From positions 622,503-686,502 of the forward strand of contig JBAZWB010000001.1 of assembly GCA_041660605.1 (NCBI GenBank): a DNA stretch of 64,000 nucleotides, given 5' to 3'. This stretch comes from Patescibacteria group bacterium. GTDB taxonomy: Bacteria > Patescibacteriota > Patescibacteriia > UBA10025 > JAHIVO01. The position numbers were made by a program, and so were the translations under genes. Below, piece after piece: positions 46,846-56,025 of this stretch; the stretch's first letter is position 1, and every line of letters begins with the position of its first letter. The notes under the pieces were generated by a model, which had not been told where the DNA came from, did no database searches, and was given only the letters and a program-made list of their open reading frames with translations.

Positions 46846-47894
46846 TACTTATCTATTAAAAATAAAATTACGCCAATCACCGCCGTCACGCCGGAAATAA
46901 TCCAAAAACGCATGACAATTTTCGGTTCAGGCCAGCCGCGTGCTTCCAAGTGATGGTGTATCGGTGAAGATAGAAAGATTTTCCTTTTTAAAAATTTTTT
47001 GCCAGACAACTGGATTATTACGGAAAAAGATTCCACTACGAGTAGCAAACAAATTATTGGCAATAAAAGTACAGAATTCGTCAGCATTGCCACGATTCCT
47101 AAAGTCACACCCAGGGACATAGAACCCGTATCTCCCATAAAAAATCTTGCCGGATTAATATTAAACCATAAAAAAGCCAACAATGCACCTATTATTACGC
47201 CGCAAAATGTGGCTAATTCATATTTTCCTTGCGCGAAGGCAATGCAGGCGAATGCTCCAAAAGCTGCCAGTAATATTCCACCCGCCAAACCATCAAGTCC
47301 ATCGCTTTCATTTACGGAAAAAGAGGTGGAAACGATGATGATTATAAAAATTGGTATATACCACAATCCAATATCATAATTCCCCACAAAAGGCACATGT
47401 ATTGTTGTCCAGTCAAGTTTATAATAAAACCAAAAAGCGCCGAAAACCGCAATCAATGTATAGATGATCAGTTTATATCTTATTTTCATGCCACCACCTG
47501 ACGTACCAACGCCCCGGATGTTTAAAATATCATCAAATAAGCCAACTAAAGCCGAGGCAATCAGCGCTCCTAAAGGTAGTAAAGTTTGCGCCCGGGTCAA
47601 AAAATTCAATTTTTGTATAAAATCAAAATTAGTGATTTTGGATAAAACAAAAATTAGTAAAGAAAGGAAAAGAACTGTCAGCCAGATAAGTATTCCTCCC
47701 ATGGTCGGCGTGCCTGACTTGGCTTGATGAAGTTTAGAAAAGATCGGCGTGGATTCAGAGCTTCTGATTTTTTTTCCTAATTTGAATTTGTATAAAAAAA
47801 ATGTTAATAAAGGAGTCCATAAAATAGTCGTGACAAACGCAATGGTTGTCAATAAAAATATCTTAATAATATCAAAATTTTGTTCAATACCCAT
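46845..47894 (-). CDS. mraY: Phospho-N-acetylmuramoyl-pentapeptide transferase
   Basis: KSGTPTMGG, GLFDD, VNESDGLDGLA, FLWFNINPARFFMGDTGS, PIHHH.E..GWPE.KIV.RFW. Confidence 0.97.
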   Translation of the reverse strand: MGIEQNFDIIKIFLLTTIAFVTTILWTPLLTFFLYKFKLGKKIRSSESTPIFSKLHQAKSGTPTMGGILIWLTVLFLSLLIFVLSKITNFDFIQKLNFLTRAQTLLPLGALIASALVGLFDDILNIRGVGTSGGGMKIRYKLIIYTLIAVFGAFWFYYKLDWTTIHVPFVGNYDIGLWYIPIFIIIIVSTSFSVNESDGLDGLAGGILLAAFGAFACIAFAQGKYELATFCGVIIGALLAFLWFNINPARFFMGDTGSMSLGVTLGIVAMLTNSVLLLPIICLLLVVESFSVIIQLSGKKFLKRKIFLSSPIHHHLEARGWPEPKIVMRFWIISGVTAVIGVILFLIDK

Positions 47895-47900
47895 AATCGG

Positions 47901-48272
47901 TCAAATATTTTGCCTGACGACGAGAAAGGCGGATAGCAAAACGAATAATAATAGAATTGCCGTAAGACTGTTTATCAAATTTGTTAATATTTTACTCTTT
48001 TTATAAATAAAAAGAGTAATAATTGCATTGATTAATATTACAATAAAACCAACCAGCGGTAAAATATACATCTGATACCAATTTCCGATTAGATCAACGC
48101 CAAAGTAAATGTTATAATGCAGATAGATTGGCTGTTCTGATGGTTTAATATTTTGGTAAATATAGAGCGAGGTAGCGCAATTGATCGCTATCTGTAAAAT
48201 AAAAAAAATTATATTAGCTTTTGACTTAAAAAAATTATTGACTATTGCTTTATTGTTGGTAAAATTGTCCAT
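47901..48272 (-). CDS. Hypothetical 3-TM membrane protein (DUF1648-like)
   Basis: IYLHYNIYFGVDLIGNW loop between TM helices; 6 nt upstream of mraY. Confidence 0.6.
   Translation of the reverse strand: MDNFTNNKAIVNNFFKSKANIIFFILQIAINCATSLYIYQNIKPSEQPIYLHYNIYFGVDLIGNWYQMYILPLVGFIVILINAIITLFIYKKSKILTNLINSLTAILLLFVLLSAFLVVRQNI
48238..48265 (+). promoter_or_regulatory. Probable promoter for the GT-C gene, embedded in the opposite-strand gene
   Basis: TTGACT-N16-TAAAAT with extended -10 (TGg). Confidence 0.55.
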
Positions 48273-48278
48273 AGATCT

Positions 48279-50066
48279 ATGAATCCTTTTATTAAAATAC
48301 TCAAAAATAAACTTTTAATCGTTGTTCTGATGTTGGCTGTAATGGCTTTTTTGCAGATTTCTTCAGTCTTGCAGGAATCGCAGACAATTGATGAAGGAAC
48401 CCATTTAGCGGCTGGCTACAGTTATTTAGTTAAACACGATTTTCGCATGAATCCAGAACATCCGCCTTTTATAAAAGAGCTGGCTGCCTTACCATTGGTA
48501 ATTATAAAAAATAAATTATCTTCTCCATTCAATTACCCCAGCTGGGATGGTTACGATGAATGGCAATTCGCCAAAGACTTAATTTACAAAAATAACATTC
48601 AAGCTGATACTATCATATTCATAGGGCGACTACCGACGATCCTGCTAAGTTTATTGCTTGGCATCTACGTCTTTCTTTGGGCTAAAGAATTGTTTGGGTA
48701 TAAGGCCGGCCTTGTCTCACTGTTTTTTTATATCCTTTGCCCCAATATTCTGGCGCACGGCAGATACATAACAACTGACCTGGGAGTTACCGCTTTCTTC
48801 TTTATTACCATATATTATTTCTACAAATATCTCAAGTACGAAAATTGGAAATTTTTGATTTTAACCGGTATTTTTTGCGGTTTAGCGCTGGCCAGTAAAT
48901 TTTCTGCGCCGATTCTTCTGCCAATTCTATTCCTGCTTTATCTGATAAAAAAACTAACCGAGCAAAATAAAACCAGAGCGCTCCTGCTTTTCAAGAAATT
49001 GCTTACTACTTTCATAACCATTGTGTTCATCAGTGGCATAATCGTCTGGGCCAGCTATGGGTTTGAAGTAAAAAAACCGCTGGACAGCAAAGACGTTCAA
49101 GACTTATATGCCCTGCAGGATTATACCATCGCTTCAAACACAGTTGATCAGCAAAGTGAACTAGTGAAAAAAGTCATTAATTATACTGATACGAGCAAAA
49201 ATTCAGGACGGACGATTCGTTCAATATTGGAAAAAGTACCCATCCCGGCATTTTCCTATTTTGACGGACTGGTGCGGGTCTATCTTCATAATTATTATGG
49301 CCATCGTTCTTACTTGCTTGGCAACTACAGTGAACTAGGCTGGTGGTATTATTTCCCCGTCGCCTTCCTGGTAAAAACTCCTGTTACCACGCAAATTTTT
49401 ATGATCGTGCTACTCATAGCAGGGGTGCTGGCCTTAGTTAAGCTAAAAATATATAGATACCCGCTAAAAGCACTGGTAAAAATACCAATACATTGGTATT
49501 TGTTGATTATCCCATCGGCAATTTTTTTTGGTTTCAGCGTAAGCGGGCATATCAATCTGGGATTGCGCCATGTATTGATTGTTTATCCTTTTATTTATGT
49601 GTCAATTGGCTACCTTGCGTCAATTATTAAAAAAACACCCGTTAAAATATTATTTACGGCTTTTTTAGTATATTATTTTTTTACTTCAATTTTAATCTAC
49701 CCAAATTATCTGGCATATTTTAATGAAATCAGCGGCGGTCCCGGTAATGGTCCGAAATATCTAGTTGATTCAAATATTGACTGGGGGCAGGATGCAAAAA
49801 AATTAAAAAAGTATATGACTGTAAATAATATCAATCACGTTTGCTTGAGTTATTTTGGCCAGGCCGATCTGGAATATTATAAAATTGACTTCAGATATTT
49901 ACCCACTGTCTTTGACAGAAGCGGCATCAAAAATATTGATTGCGTGGTAGCAATCAGCGTTACCAGTCTCTTGTCAAAAGAACGGGAATATGGCTGGCTT
50001 CTGGATTACCAACCAATAGACAAGATTGGATATTCAATTTATGTTTACGACCTGAGAAAAAAATAA
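48279..50066 (+). CDS. GT-C glycosyltransferase (PMT/ArnT, GT39/83-like)
   Basis: TIDEGTH..AG, NPEHPP, LAHG...TTD, GLALASKFS, GWWYYFP..FL.KTP, DSNIDWGQD. Confidence 0.85.
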   Translation: MNPFIKILKNKLLIVVLMLAVMAFLQISSVLQESQTIDEGTHLAAGYSYLVKHDFRMNPEHPPFIKELAALPLVIIKNKLSSPFNYPSWDGYDEWQFAKDLIYKNNIQADTIIFIGRLPTILLSLLLGIYVFLWAKELFGYKAGLVSLFFYILCPNILAHGRYITTDLGVTAFFFITIYYFYKYLKYENWKFLILTGIFCGLALASKFSAPILLPILFLLYLIKKLTEQNKTRALLLFKKLLTTFITIVFISGIIVWASYGFEVKKPLDSKDVQDLYALQDYTIASNTVDQQSELVKKVINYTDTSKNSGRTIRSILEKVPIPAFSYFDGLVRVYLHNYYGHRSYLLGNYSELGWWYYFPVAFLVKTPVTTQIFMIVLLIAGVLALVKLKIYRYPLKALVKIPIHWYLLIIPSAIFFGFSVSGHINLGLRHVLIVYPFIYVSIGYLASIIKKTPVKILFTAFLVYYFFTSILIYPNYLAYFNEISGGPGNGPKYLVDSNIDWGQDAKKLKKYMTVNNINHVCLSYFGQADLEYYKIDFRYLPTVFDRSGIKNIDCVVAISVTSLLSKEREYGWLLDYQPIDKIGYSIYVYDLRKK

Positions 50067-50078
50067 GTATCAGCAACT

Positions 50079-50107
50079 TTGATTTTTTTGTAAGAATATG
50101 CTATAAT
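50079..50107 (+). promoter_or_regulatory. sigma70-type promoter of the type IV pilus operon
   Basis: TTGATT-N17-TATAAT with extended -10 (TGc); GGAGG Shine-Dalgarno before ATG 50155. Confidence 0.75.
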
Positions 50108-50154
50108 ATATTCCAGTTTAATCTATTTTAGCGAGGTAATTTTACGGGAGGTCA

Positions 50155-51888
50155 ATGATACCTAATAAAGAAATAAAAACCATCCTAGAAGCGACTAAAG
50201 CTGTTCCGGAAGAACAGCTTATTGAGGCATGGAAAAAAAATGAAATGGATAACGGGGATTTGGCTAGTTACCTGATAAATAAGAACATTATATCCGAGAA
50301 TATACTCTACGAAACAGCCGGAAATTATTACAAAATTCCTTTCATTGATTTACGGCGGATGAGCATCCGGAAAGACATATTAACGCTTATACCCGAGACT
50401 ATCGTTCAAACATACCAAATTGTCGCTTTTGACAAGGATGAAACTACTTTAAAAGTCGCTTCTGTAGATCCAAAAAATTTACAAATCATTGAATTTTTAA
50501 AGAAAAAAACCGGCTTAGCAATAAAAATACATATTACTACTCCCTCAAGCATTAAAGAAGTTCTATCGTTATTTCATAAGGGGCTATCTTCGGAATTTAA
50601 AAAAATCACTAAAGGTGACCTGCTTGGCGAAGGAGAAACTAAAACTGAAGATCTGAAGCAGCTGGCTCAAGATTTACCAATCGTCAGAATCGTAGACACC
50701 TTACTGGAATATGCAATTTTCGAGGGTGCTTCTGATATACATATAGAGCCAACCGAAAATGACATTTTAGTACGATACAGAGTCGATGGAATACTCAGGG
50801 AAGTAATGCGTCTCCCAAAAAACTTACAGCCGGGAATTATTGCGCGCATTAAAATACTTTCCAATTTAAAAATAGACGAACATCGATTACCCCAGGACGG
50901 CCGTTTCAAAATTTCTACCAGTGAATATAAGATTGCTTTCCGCGTTTCAATCATTCCTGTTTTTGACGGTGAAAAAATCGTTCTGCGCTTGTTGAATGAA
51001 TCCGCAAAAATTTTAACTCTTGAGCAAGTTGGGCTGCAGTTAAAGGCACTAGAAGCCGTAAATTTAAATCTAAGCAAGCCCCAGGGTATGATCTTGGTTA
51101 CCGGCCCTACGGGAAGCGGAAAAACTACCACCCTATATACCATTCTTAATATTTTAAATGACCCAAAAGTTAACATCGCCACGATTGAAGACCCTATTGA
51201 ATACCGCATGGCGAGAGTAAATCAAAGCCAGGTAAATCCAAAAATCGGCTTTACTTTTGCCGGCGGTCTCAGATCACTACTGCGCCAGGATCCCAATATT
51301 ATAATGGTCGGAGAAATTCGCGATGGCGAAACCGCTGAAATCGCCACCCATGCCGCTATGACCGGCCACTTGGTTTTATCAACATTGCATACCAATGACG
51401 CAGTTACCACTTTACCACGGCTTGAGGAAATGGGAGTACCACCGTTTTTGGTGGCCTCTACCACGAATATTGTTATAGCCCAGCGGCTAGTAAGAAAAAT
51501 TTGCATGAATTGCATCCACAGCTATACTTTAACAAAAAAGGCCGTGGACGAGTTAAAGAAAAAAATCGACCTGGGCTCAATTTTCAATGTTCTGGAGAGC
51601 CAGGGCATAATTCTTTCTTCAAAAACTCCGATAGAATCACTATTATTTTATAAAGGCAAAGGATGCAAACAATGCAATAACACAGGCTATAAAGGCCGGA
51701 TTGGCATTTTTGAAGTTGTGGAAATTACCAGTCAAATAGCGCAAATGATTACAGAAAAAACTTCAGCAGCAAAAATATTAGAACACGCCAGATCAAAAGG
51801 CATGCTGACTATGATTGAGGATGGTTTCATCAAAGCAAAAAATGGTGTAACTACGATTGAAGAAATATTAAGGGCAACTAAAGAATAA
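50155..51888 (+). CDS. pilB: Type IV pilus assembly ATPase PilB/GspE
   Basis: ASDIHIEP, RLPQDGRF, VTGPTGSGKTTTLY, TIEDPIEY, LRQDPNIIMVGEIRD.ETA, TGHLVLSTLHTND, CxxC...CxxC. Confidence 0.95.
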   Translation: MIPNKEIKTILEATKAVPEEQLIEAWKKNEMDNGDLASYLINKNIISENILYETAGNYYKIPFIDLRRMSIRKDILTLIPETIVQTYQIVAFDKDETTLKVASVDPKNLQIIEFLKKKTGLAIKIHITTPSSIKEVLSLFHKGLSSEFKKITKGDLLGEGETKTEDLKQLAQDLPIVRIVDTLLEYAIFEGASDIHIEPTENDILVRYRVDGILREVMRLPKNLQPGIIARIKILSNLKIDEHRLPQDGRFKISTSEYKIAFRVSIIPVFDGEKIVLRLLNESAKILTLEQVGLQLKALEAVNLNLSKPQGMILVTGPTGSGKTTTLYTILNILNDPKVNIATIEDPIEYRMARVNQSQVNPKIGFTFAGGLRSLLRQDPNIIMVGEIRDGETAEIATHAAMTGHLVLSTLHTNDAVTTLPRLEEMGVPPFLVASTTNIVIAQRLVRKICMNCIHSYTLTKKAVDELKKKIDLGSIFNVLESQGIILSSKTPIESLLFYKGKGCKQCNNTGYKGRIGIFEVVEITSQIAQMITEKTSAAKILEHARSKGMLTMIEDGFIKAKNGVTTIEEILRATKE

Positions 51889-51890
51889 TT

Positions 51891-53108
51891 ATGTCAGAAT
51901 TCAACTACACTGCCAGAACACAGGATGGCCAATTAAAAAAGGATCGGATTCGCATCAAGGACAAGAAAGCTCTGGCCGAATACCTGAAAAATCAAAATCT
52001 AATTTTAACTTCTTCGAAAGAAATTAAAAAAGGAGGGAGGTTTTCCCTGCAAAATCTTCTGGATAATTTATCCAGCGTCCCTATCGTTCAAAAAATATTT
52101 TTTACCCAAAATCTTTCTATCATGGTAAAAACCGGATTTTCACTCGCCGCTGCCCTAAAAACTCTGGCTCTGCAAACCACCAATAAAAAATTCCGTAATA
52201 TTTTGATAGAGATTCAGCAGGACGTAGAAAGCGGTATTTCATTTTCCAGCGCCTTGGCAAAATATCCGAAAGTTTTTCCGGAACTTTTTGTCAATATGAT
52301 TTCGGCTGGTGAAGCCAGCGGTAAACTTGATGAAATACTGATACACCTCACTGTTCAAATGAAAAAAGATCATACCATAATTTCTAAAGTAAGGTCAGCC
52401 ATGATGTATCCCTCGGTAATCGTGGTAGCCATGGTTGGTATTGGCGTAGTTATGCTGATAACAGTCATACCGCAAATGTCCTCAATTTATGCCGAAGGCG
52501 GCACTGAATTACCTTTACCAACTAAAATTTTACTGGGATTCAGCAGTTTTGTTTTAAATCAAGGTGTTTTCCTTTTGATTGCCGTATTTATTTTACTGAT
52601 TTTATTTATTAGATTAAAAAAGACTAAAAAGGGCAAACTGCTTTTGCATAAATTTCTTTTGAAACTGCCAATTTTTGGCGCGATAATCGTTAAAATTAAT
52701 ATTACTCGTTTCAGCAGGACGTTAAGTTCACTTTTAAAAACTGACATTCCAATCGTACAAACCCTACAGATCATTTCCAAGACTTTAGGCAATATATATT
52801 TCAAAAACGCCCTTATTAATGCTTCAGATAAGGTAAAAAAAGGTATCAGCATCTCAAAAACATTAGAACAGACGCCAAAACTATTTTCGCCCTTAATCAC
52901 GCAAATGATCAATATAGGCGAAGAAAGCGGTTCATTGGACACTATCTCCGAACAGATAGCGAACTTTTACGAAGAAGACGTTGACCAAACGATGTCTTCA
53001 TTGTCAACGATTATTGAGCCAATTTTAATGCTGATAATCGGAGCAGTAGTCGCTTTTGTCGCCCTCTCCGTATTGATGCCCATGTATGGATTGGTTCAAG
53101 CAATATAA
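51891..53108 (+). CDS. pilC: Type IV pilus platform protein PilC/GspF
   Basis: Two T2SSF repeats: MISAGEASGKLD, SAMMYP, ELPLPTK, MINIGEESGSLD, IIEPIL. Confidence 0.95.
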   Translation: MSEFNYTARTQDGQLKKDRIRIKDKKALAEYLKNQNLILTSSKEIKKGGRFSLQNLLDNLSSVPIVQKIFFTQNLSIMVKTGFSLAAALKTLALQTTNKKFRNILIEIQQDVESGISFSSALAKYPKVFPELFVNMISAGEASGKLDEILIHLTVQMKKDHTIISKVRSAMMYPSVIVVAMVGIGVVMLITVIPQMSSIYAEGGTELPLPTKILLGFSSFVLNQGVFLLIAVFILLILFIRLKKTKKGKLLLHKFLLKLPIFGAIIVKINITRFSRTLSSLLKTDIPIVQTLQIISKTLGNIYFKNALINASDKVKKGISISKTLEQTPKLFSPLITQMINIGEESGSLDTISEQIANFYEEDVDQTMSSLSTIIEPILMLIIGAVVAFVALSVLMPMYGLVQAI

Positions 53109-53109
53109 A

Positions 53110-55401
53110 ATGAAAAAAAATCATTTAAATAATCAGCGCGGTTATTCATTGCCGGAAGTTCTCATCGTACTTCTGGTTTTTACCGGGATGTTCATAGTCA
53201 TGCTGAATCTCTTCCAAAATTCGATAAAACAGCTGAACATCGCCCGGGCTAAAATTGTAGCCATTGAGCTTGGCAATGAACAGATGGAAATTTTAAGGAA
53301 CCTCCAGTACAGCGATGTCGGGGTGACCGGCAGCTCCCCTAACGGTACCATACCGGCTTCACAGGAATTGACCCGTTCAAACATCAAATTTAAAATCGAA
53401 ACGGAAATAAAGTATATCGATGATCCATTTGACGGCTGTGTCGGTGAAATTCCCGGCGAGCCCGGCAAATCCCGCTGCGCTGACGGAACCATAGTCGATA
53501 AAGTCCCTGATATACCCGCCAATAGCAATAATCCAGCAGATTATAAAAAAGCTAATATTGAGATAAGCTGGACGGAAAGCTACCCGGGCAAGCCAATTCA
53601 GCTGTCAACCATCATTGCCCCAAAAGGACTGGAGGGAGATACCACTAAAGGATTTATGCTGGTGACTATTTTTAACTCCGCTGGCGATCCTGTAGTAAAC
53701 GCTGATGTGGAAGTTATTAACAATACCCTGGTCCCGGCGTTTGATTATCATGGAAAAACGGATATCTATGGCACCGTGCAGTTGTACGACCTTGAACCGG
53801 CTGAAGACAGCTACATAGTCAAGGCCAGCTATGATGCGGAAAATTACAGCCATGACCAAACCTGCGCCCAGGACGACGCGGGAACCGGCTGCAGCGACAG
53901 TACGGGCAATCCCCTACCAATCAAACAAAACCTGACCATTTCAGCCGGCCATAACGAGGAAATAAGTTTTGCCATAGATAAACTAAGCAATCTCTCAGTC
54001 AACAGCTATACGGATAATTGTACCGCTTTGCCAAATATTGATTTGACCCTGAGCGGCGATAAAAAAATAAGCCAACCGCCGACCAGCTATTTAAAAAATG
54101 TTTTAAATTTCGTCACCAACGGTTCTGGCCAGACAAATTTACCGGCAGTTGAATGGGATTTGTACGATTTGCTGGTCAATACGCCTGGTTATGATATTGC
54201 CGGCGTAAACCATGACCTAGCCTTAAACGTCCTGCCTGACACCAGCATCGTGCTGAACGTGCTGTTGGCGCCTCATACCAGCAATTCTCTGCTATTAACC
54301 GTAAAAGACAATAATGGCACCAATTTATCCAACGCCAGCGTCAGGCTGAGAAAAGCTGATTATGATGAAACAAAAATAACCGGTCATGGGTTTATGCAGC
54401 AAACCGACTGGCTTGGCGGCAGCGGCCAGGAAAATTTTATTGATGATTCGACAAAATATTATTCTGACAACGGTAATATTGACAACAACACGAGCGGTGA
54501 GATTAGCCTTAAAAAGATTTCCTTGAATCCTTCTTTCAACGAAACTTTTGACTCAAGTACTTACCAAGACGCTGCTAATACTACCGCGGATTGGAACACT
54601 GCCGACCTGGAATTAAAGCTGCCAACTGTCAGTGGTGAATATCCAGTCGGCGTCATGCACCACGCCCAGACGACAATTATTAATTCCCAACATGGCAGGA
54701 TCGTTTCTGCCACCTTGAATGCCACTGAAGAGCTGAATGGACAATCAATCCTATATTTCCTCTCCGCCGACGGTGGAACGAACTTTGAACCTGTCAGCTT
54801 AGGCACTCCTTACGATTTCATGAATTCAGGCAGCGATTTACGGTGGCGTACGGAATTGATTTCTTCCGAAATCGATAAGACCCCAATAGTAAAAGATTTT
54901 ACGGTCAGCTATACGCTGGAATATTATGAGCAAAGCGGCGAGCTTATATCCTCAACTTTTGACTTAGGCTCGACAGCTGATTTTTCTTCCATTAACTGGG
55001 AGCCTAGCAGCCAGCCGGTGGAGACTGGTGCGGAAAACGTTAAAATCCAAATCGCCACAAATAACGATAATAGTACGTGGAATTTTACTGGTCCAGACGG
55101 CACCGGCTCTACCTTTTATAGCATAAATAATTCCACTATCAACAGCGCCAGCAATGGAAACCGCTATGTCAGGTACAAAGCCATACTCTCGACAGAAGAT
55201 GTTTACTTTACTCCAGCGCTCAGCAATTTAAGAATAGGCTATACGCAGGAATGCTTTCCGCCAGGCCAAGTTTTTTACAGAGATTTAACAAACGACACCT
55301 ACTCTATGGAAATTAAGCTTGCCGGGTTTGAAGTTTATTCGGCTAATGTCGAAATTAACGGGTATGTGACCCAAACTGTCCAATTGATTCCCACTTTATA
55401 A
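53110..55401 (+). CDS. Large prepilin-like protein (PilV position) with several beta-sandwich / carboxypeptidase-regulatory-like domains
   Basis: Class III signal RG|YSLPEVLIVLLVF; ATG 53110; VTIFNSAGDPVVNADV, LTVKDNNG..LSNASV, QTDWLGGSGQ. Confidence 0.8.
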   Translation: MKKNHLNNQRGYSLPEVLIVLLVFTGMFIVMLNLFQNSIKQLNIARAKIVAIELGNEQMEILRNLQYSDVGVTGSSPNGTIPASQELTRSNIKFKIETEIKYIDDPFDGCVGEIPGEPGKSRCADGTIVDKVPDIPANSNNPADYKKANIEISWTESYPGKPIQLSTIIAPKGLEGDTTKGFMLVTIFNSAGDPVVNADVEVINNTLVPAFDYHGKTDIYGTVQLYDLEPAEDSYIVKASYDAENYSHDQTCAQDDAGTGCSDSTGNPLPIKQNLTISAGHNEEISFAIDKLSNLSVNSYTDNCTALPNIDLTLSGDKKISQPPTSYLKNVLNFVTNGSGQTNLPAVEWDLYDLLVNTPGYDIAGVNHDLALNVLPDTSIVLNVLLAPHTSNSLLLTVKDNNGTNLSNASVRLRKADYDETKITGHGFMQQTDWLGGSGQENFIDDSTKYYSDNGNIDNNTSGEISLKKISLNPSFNETFDSSTYQDAANTTADWNTADLELKLPTVSGEYPVGVMHHAQTTIINSQHGRIVSATLNATEELNGQSILYFLSADGGTNFEPVSLGTPYDFMNSGSDLRWRTELISSEIDKTPIVKDFTVSYTLEYYEQSGELISSTFDLGSTADFSSINWEPSSQPVETGAENVKIQIATNNDNSTWNFTGPDGTGSTFYSINNSTINSASNGNRYVRYKAILSTEDVYFTPALSNLRIGYTQECFPPGQVFYRDLTNDTYSMEIKLAGFEVYSANVEINGYVTQTVQLIPTL

Positions 55402-55422
55402 TAAAATACTACCTTGCTAATA

Positions 55423-56025
55423 ATGAAAAATAAATCCGGATTTACACTGGTTGAAATAGTTGCCGTTATTTTCATCCTGACCTTAATCGGCATTGGTTTG
55501 GCAAGTTTTTCATTTTGGGGATATCGGTTATGGCATATCACCCAAGACCAAATTCACGCGCAGGATGAAGCCAGGGCGGCTTTTAAAAACATTGTGGGTG
55601 AAATCAGGGAAATGCAGATTTCAGATAATGGCTCTTACGCATTGGATACTGTACAGCCGAATACCATCATTTTTTACGCCAATGTGGACAGCGACACCAA
55701 AAGGGAAAAAGTAAAATACGAATTAGTAGACGGCACGTTAATCAGGTGGTATGAAAAATCTGACGCTTCCGTACCGCCGGCTTATCCAGCCTTCACTGAG
55801 GCTAATAAAATTATCGTAGCCCAAAATATTTTGAATACGGATATTTTCCAGTATTATGACGACACGTTCAATGGCAGTACGCCACCCTTGCCGCAACCAG
55901 TCCAGCTGAATGACGTTAGATTGGTTAAAATCCATTTATCGATAGATTACGATCCAGAGCGAACTCCTGCCCCGCTTGAGCTTGAGACTAACATCGCACT
56001 GAGGAATTTAAAGGACAATTTATGA
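55423..56025 (+). CDS. Minor pilin (PilW-like)
   Basis: Class III signal SG|FTLVEIV; C-terminal IALRNLK. Confidence 0.82.
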   Translation: MKNKSGFTLVEIVAVIFILTLIGIGLASFSFWGYRLWHITQDQIHAQDEARAAFKNIVGEIREMQISDNGSYALDTVQPNTIIFYANVDSDTKREKVKYELVDGTLIRWYEKSDASVPPAYPAFTEANKIIVAQNILNTDIFQYYDDTFNGSTPPLPQPVQLNDVRLVKIHLSIDYDPERTPAPLELETNIALRNLKDNL

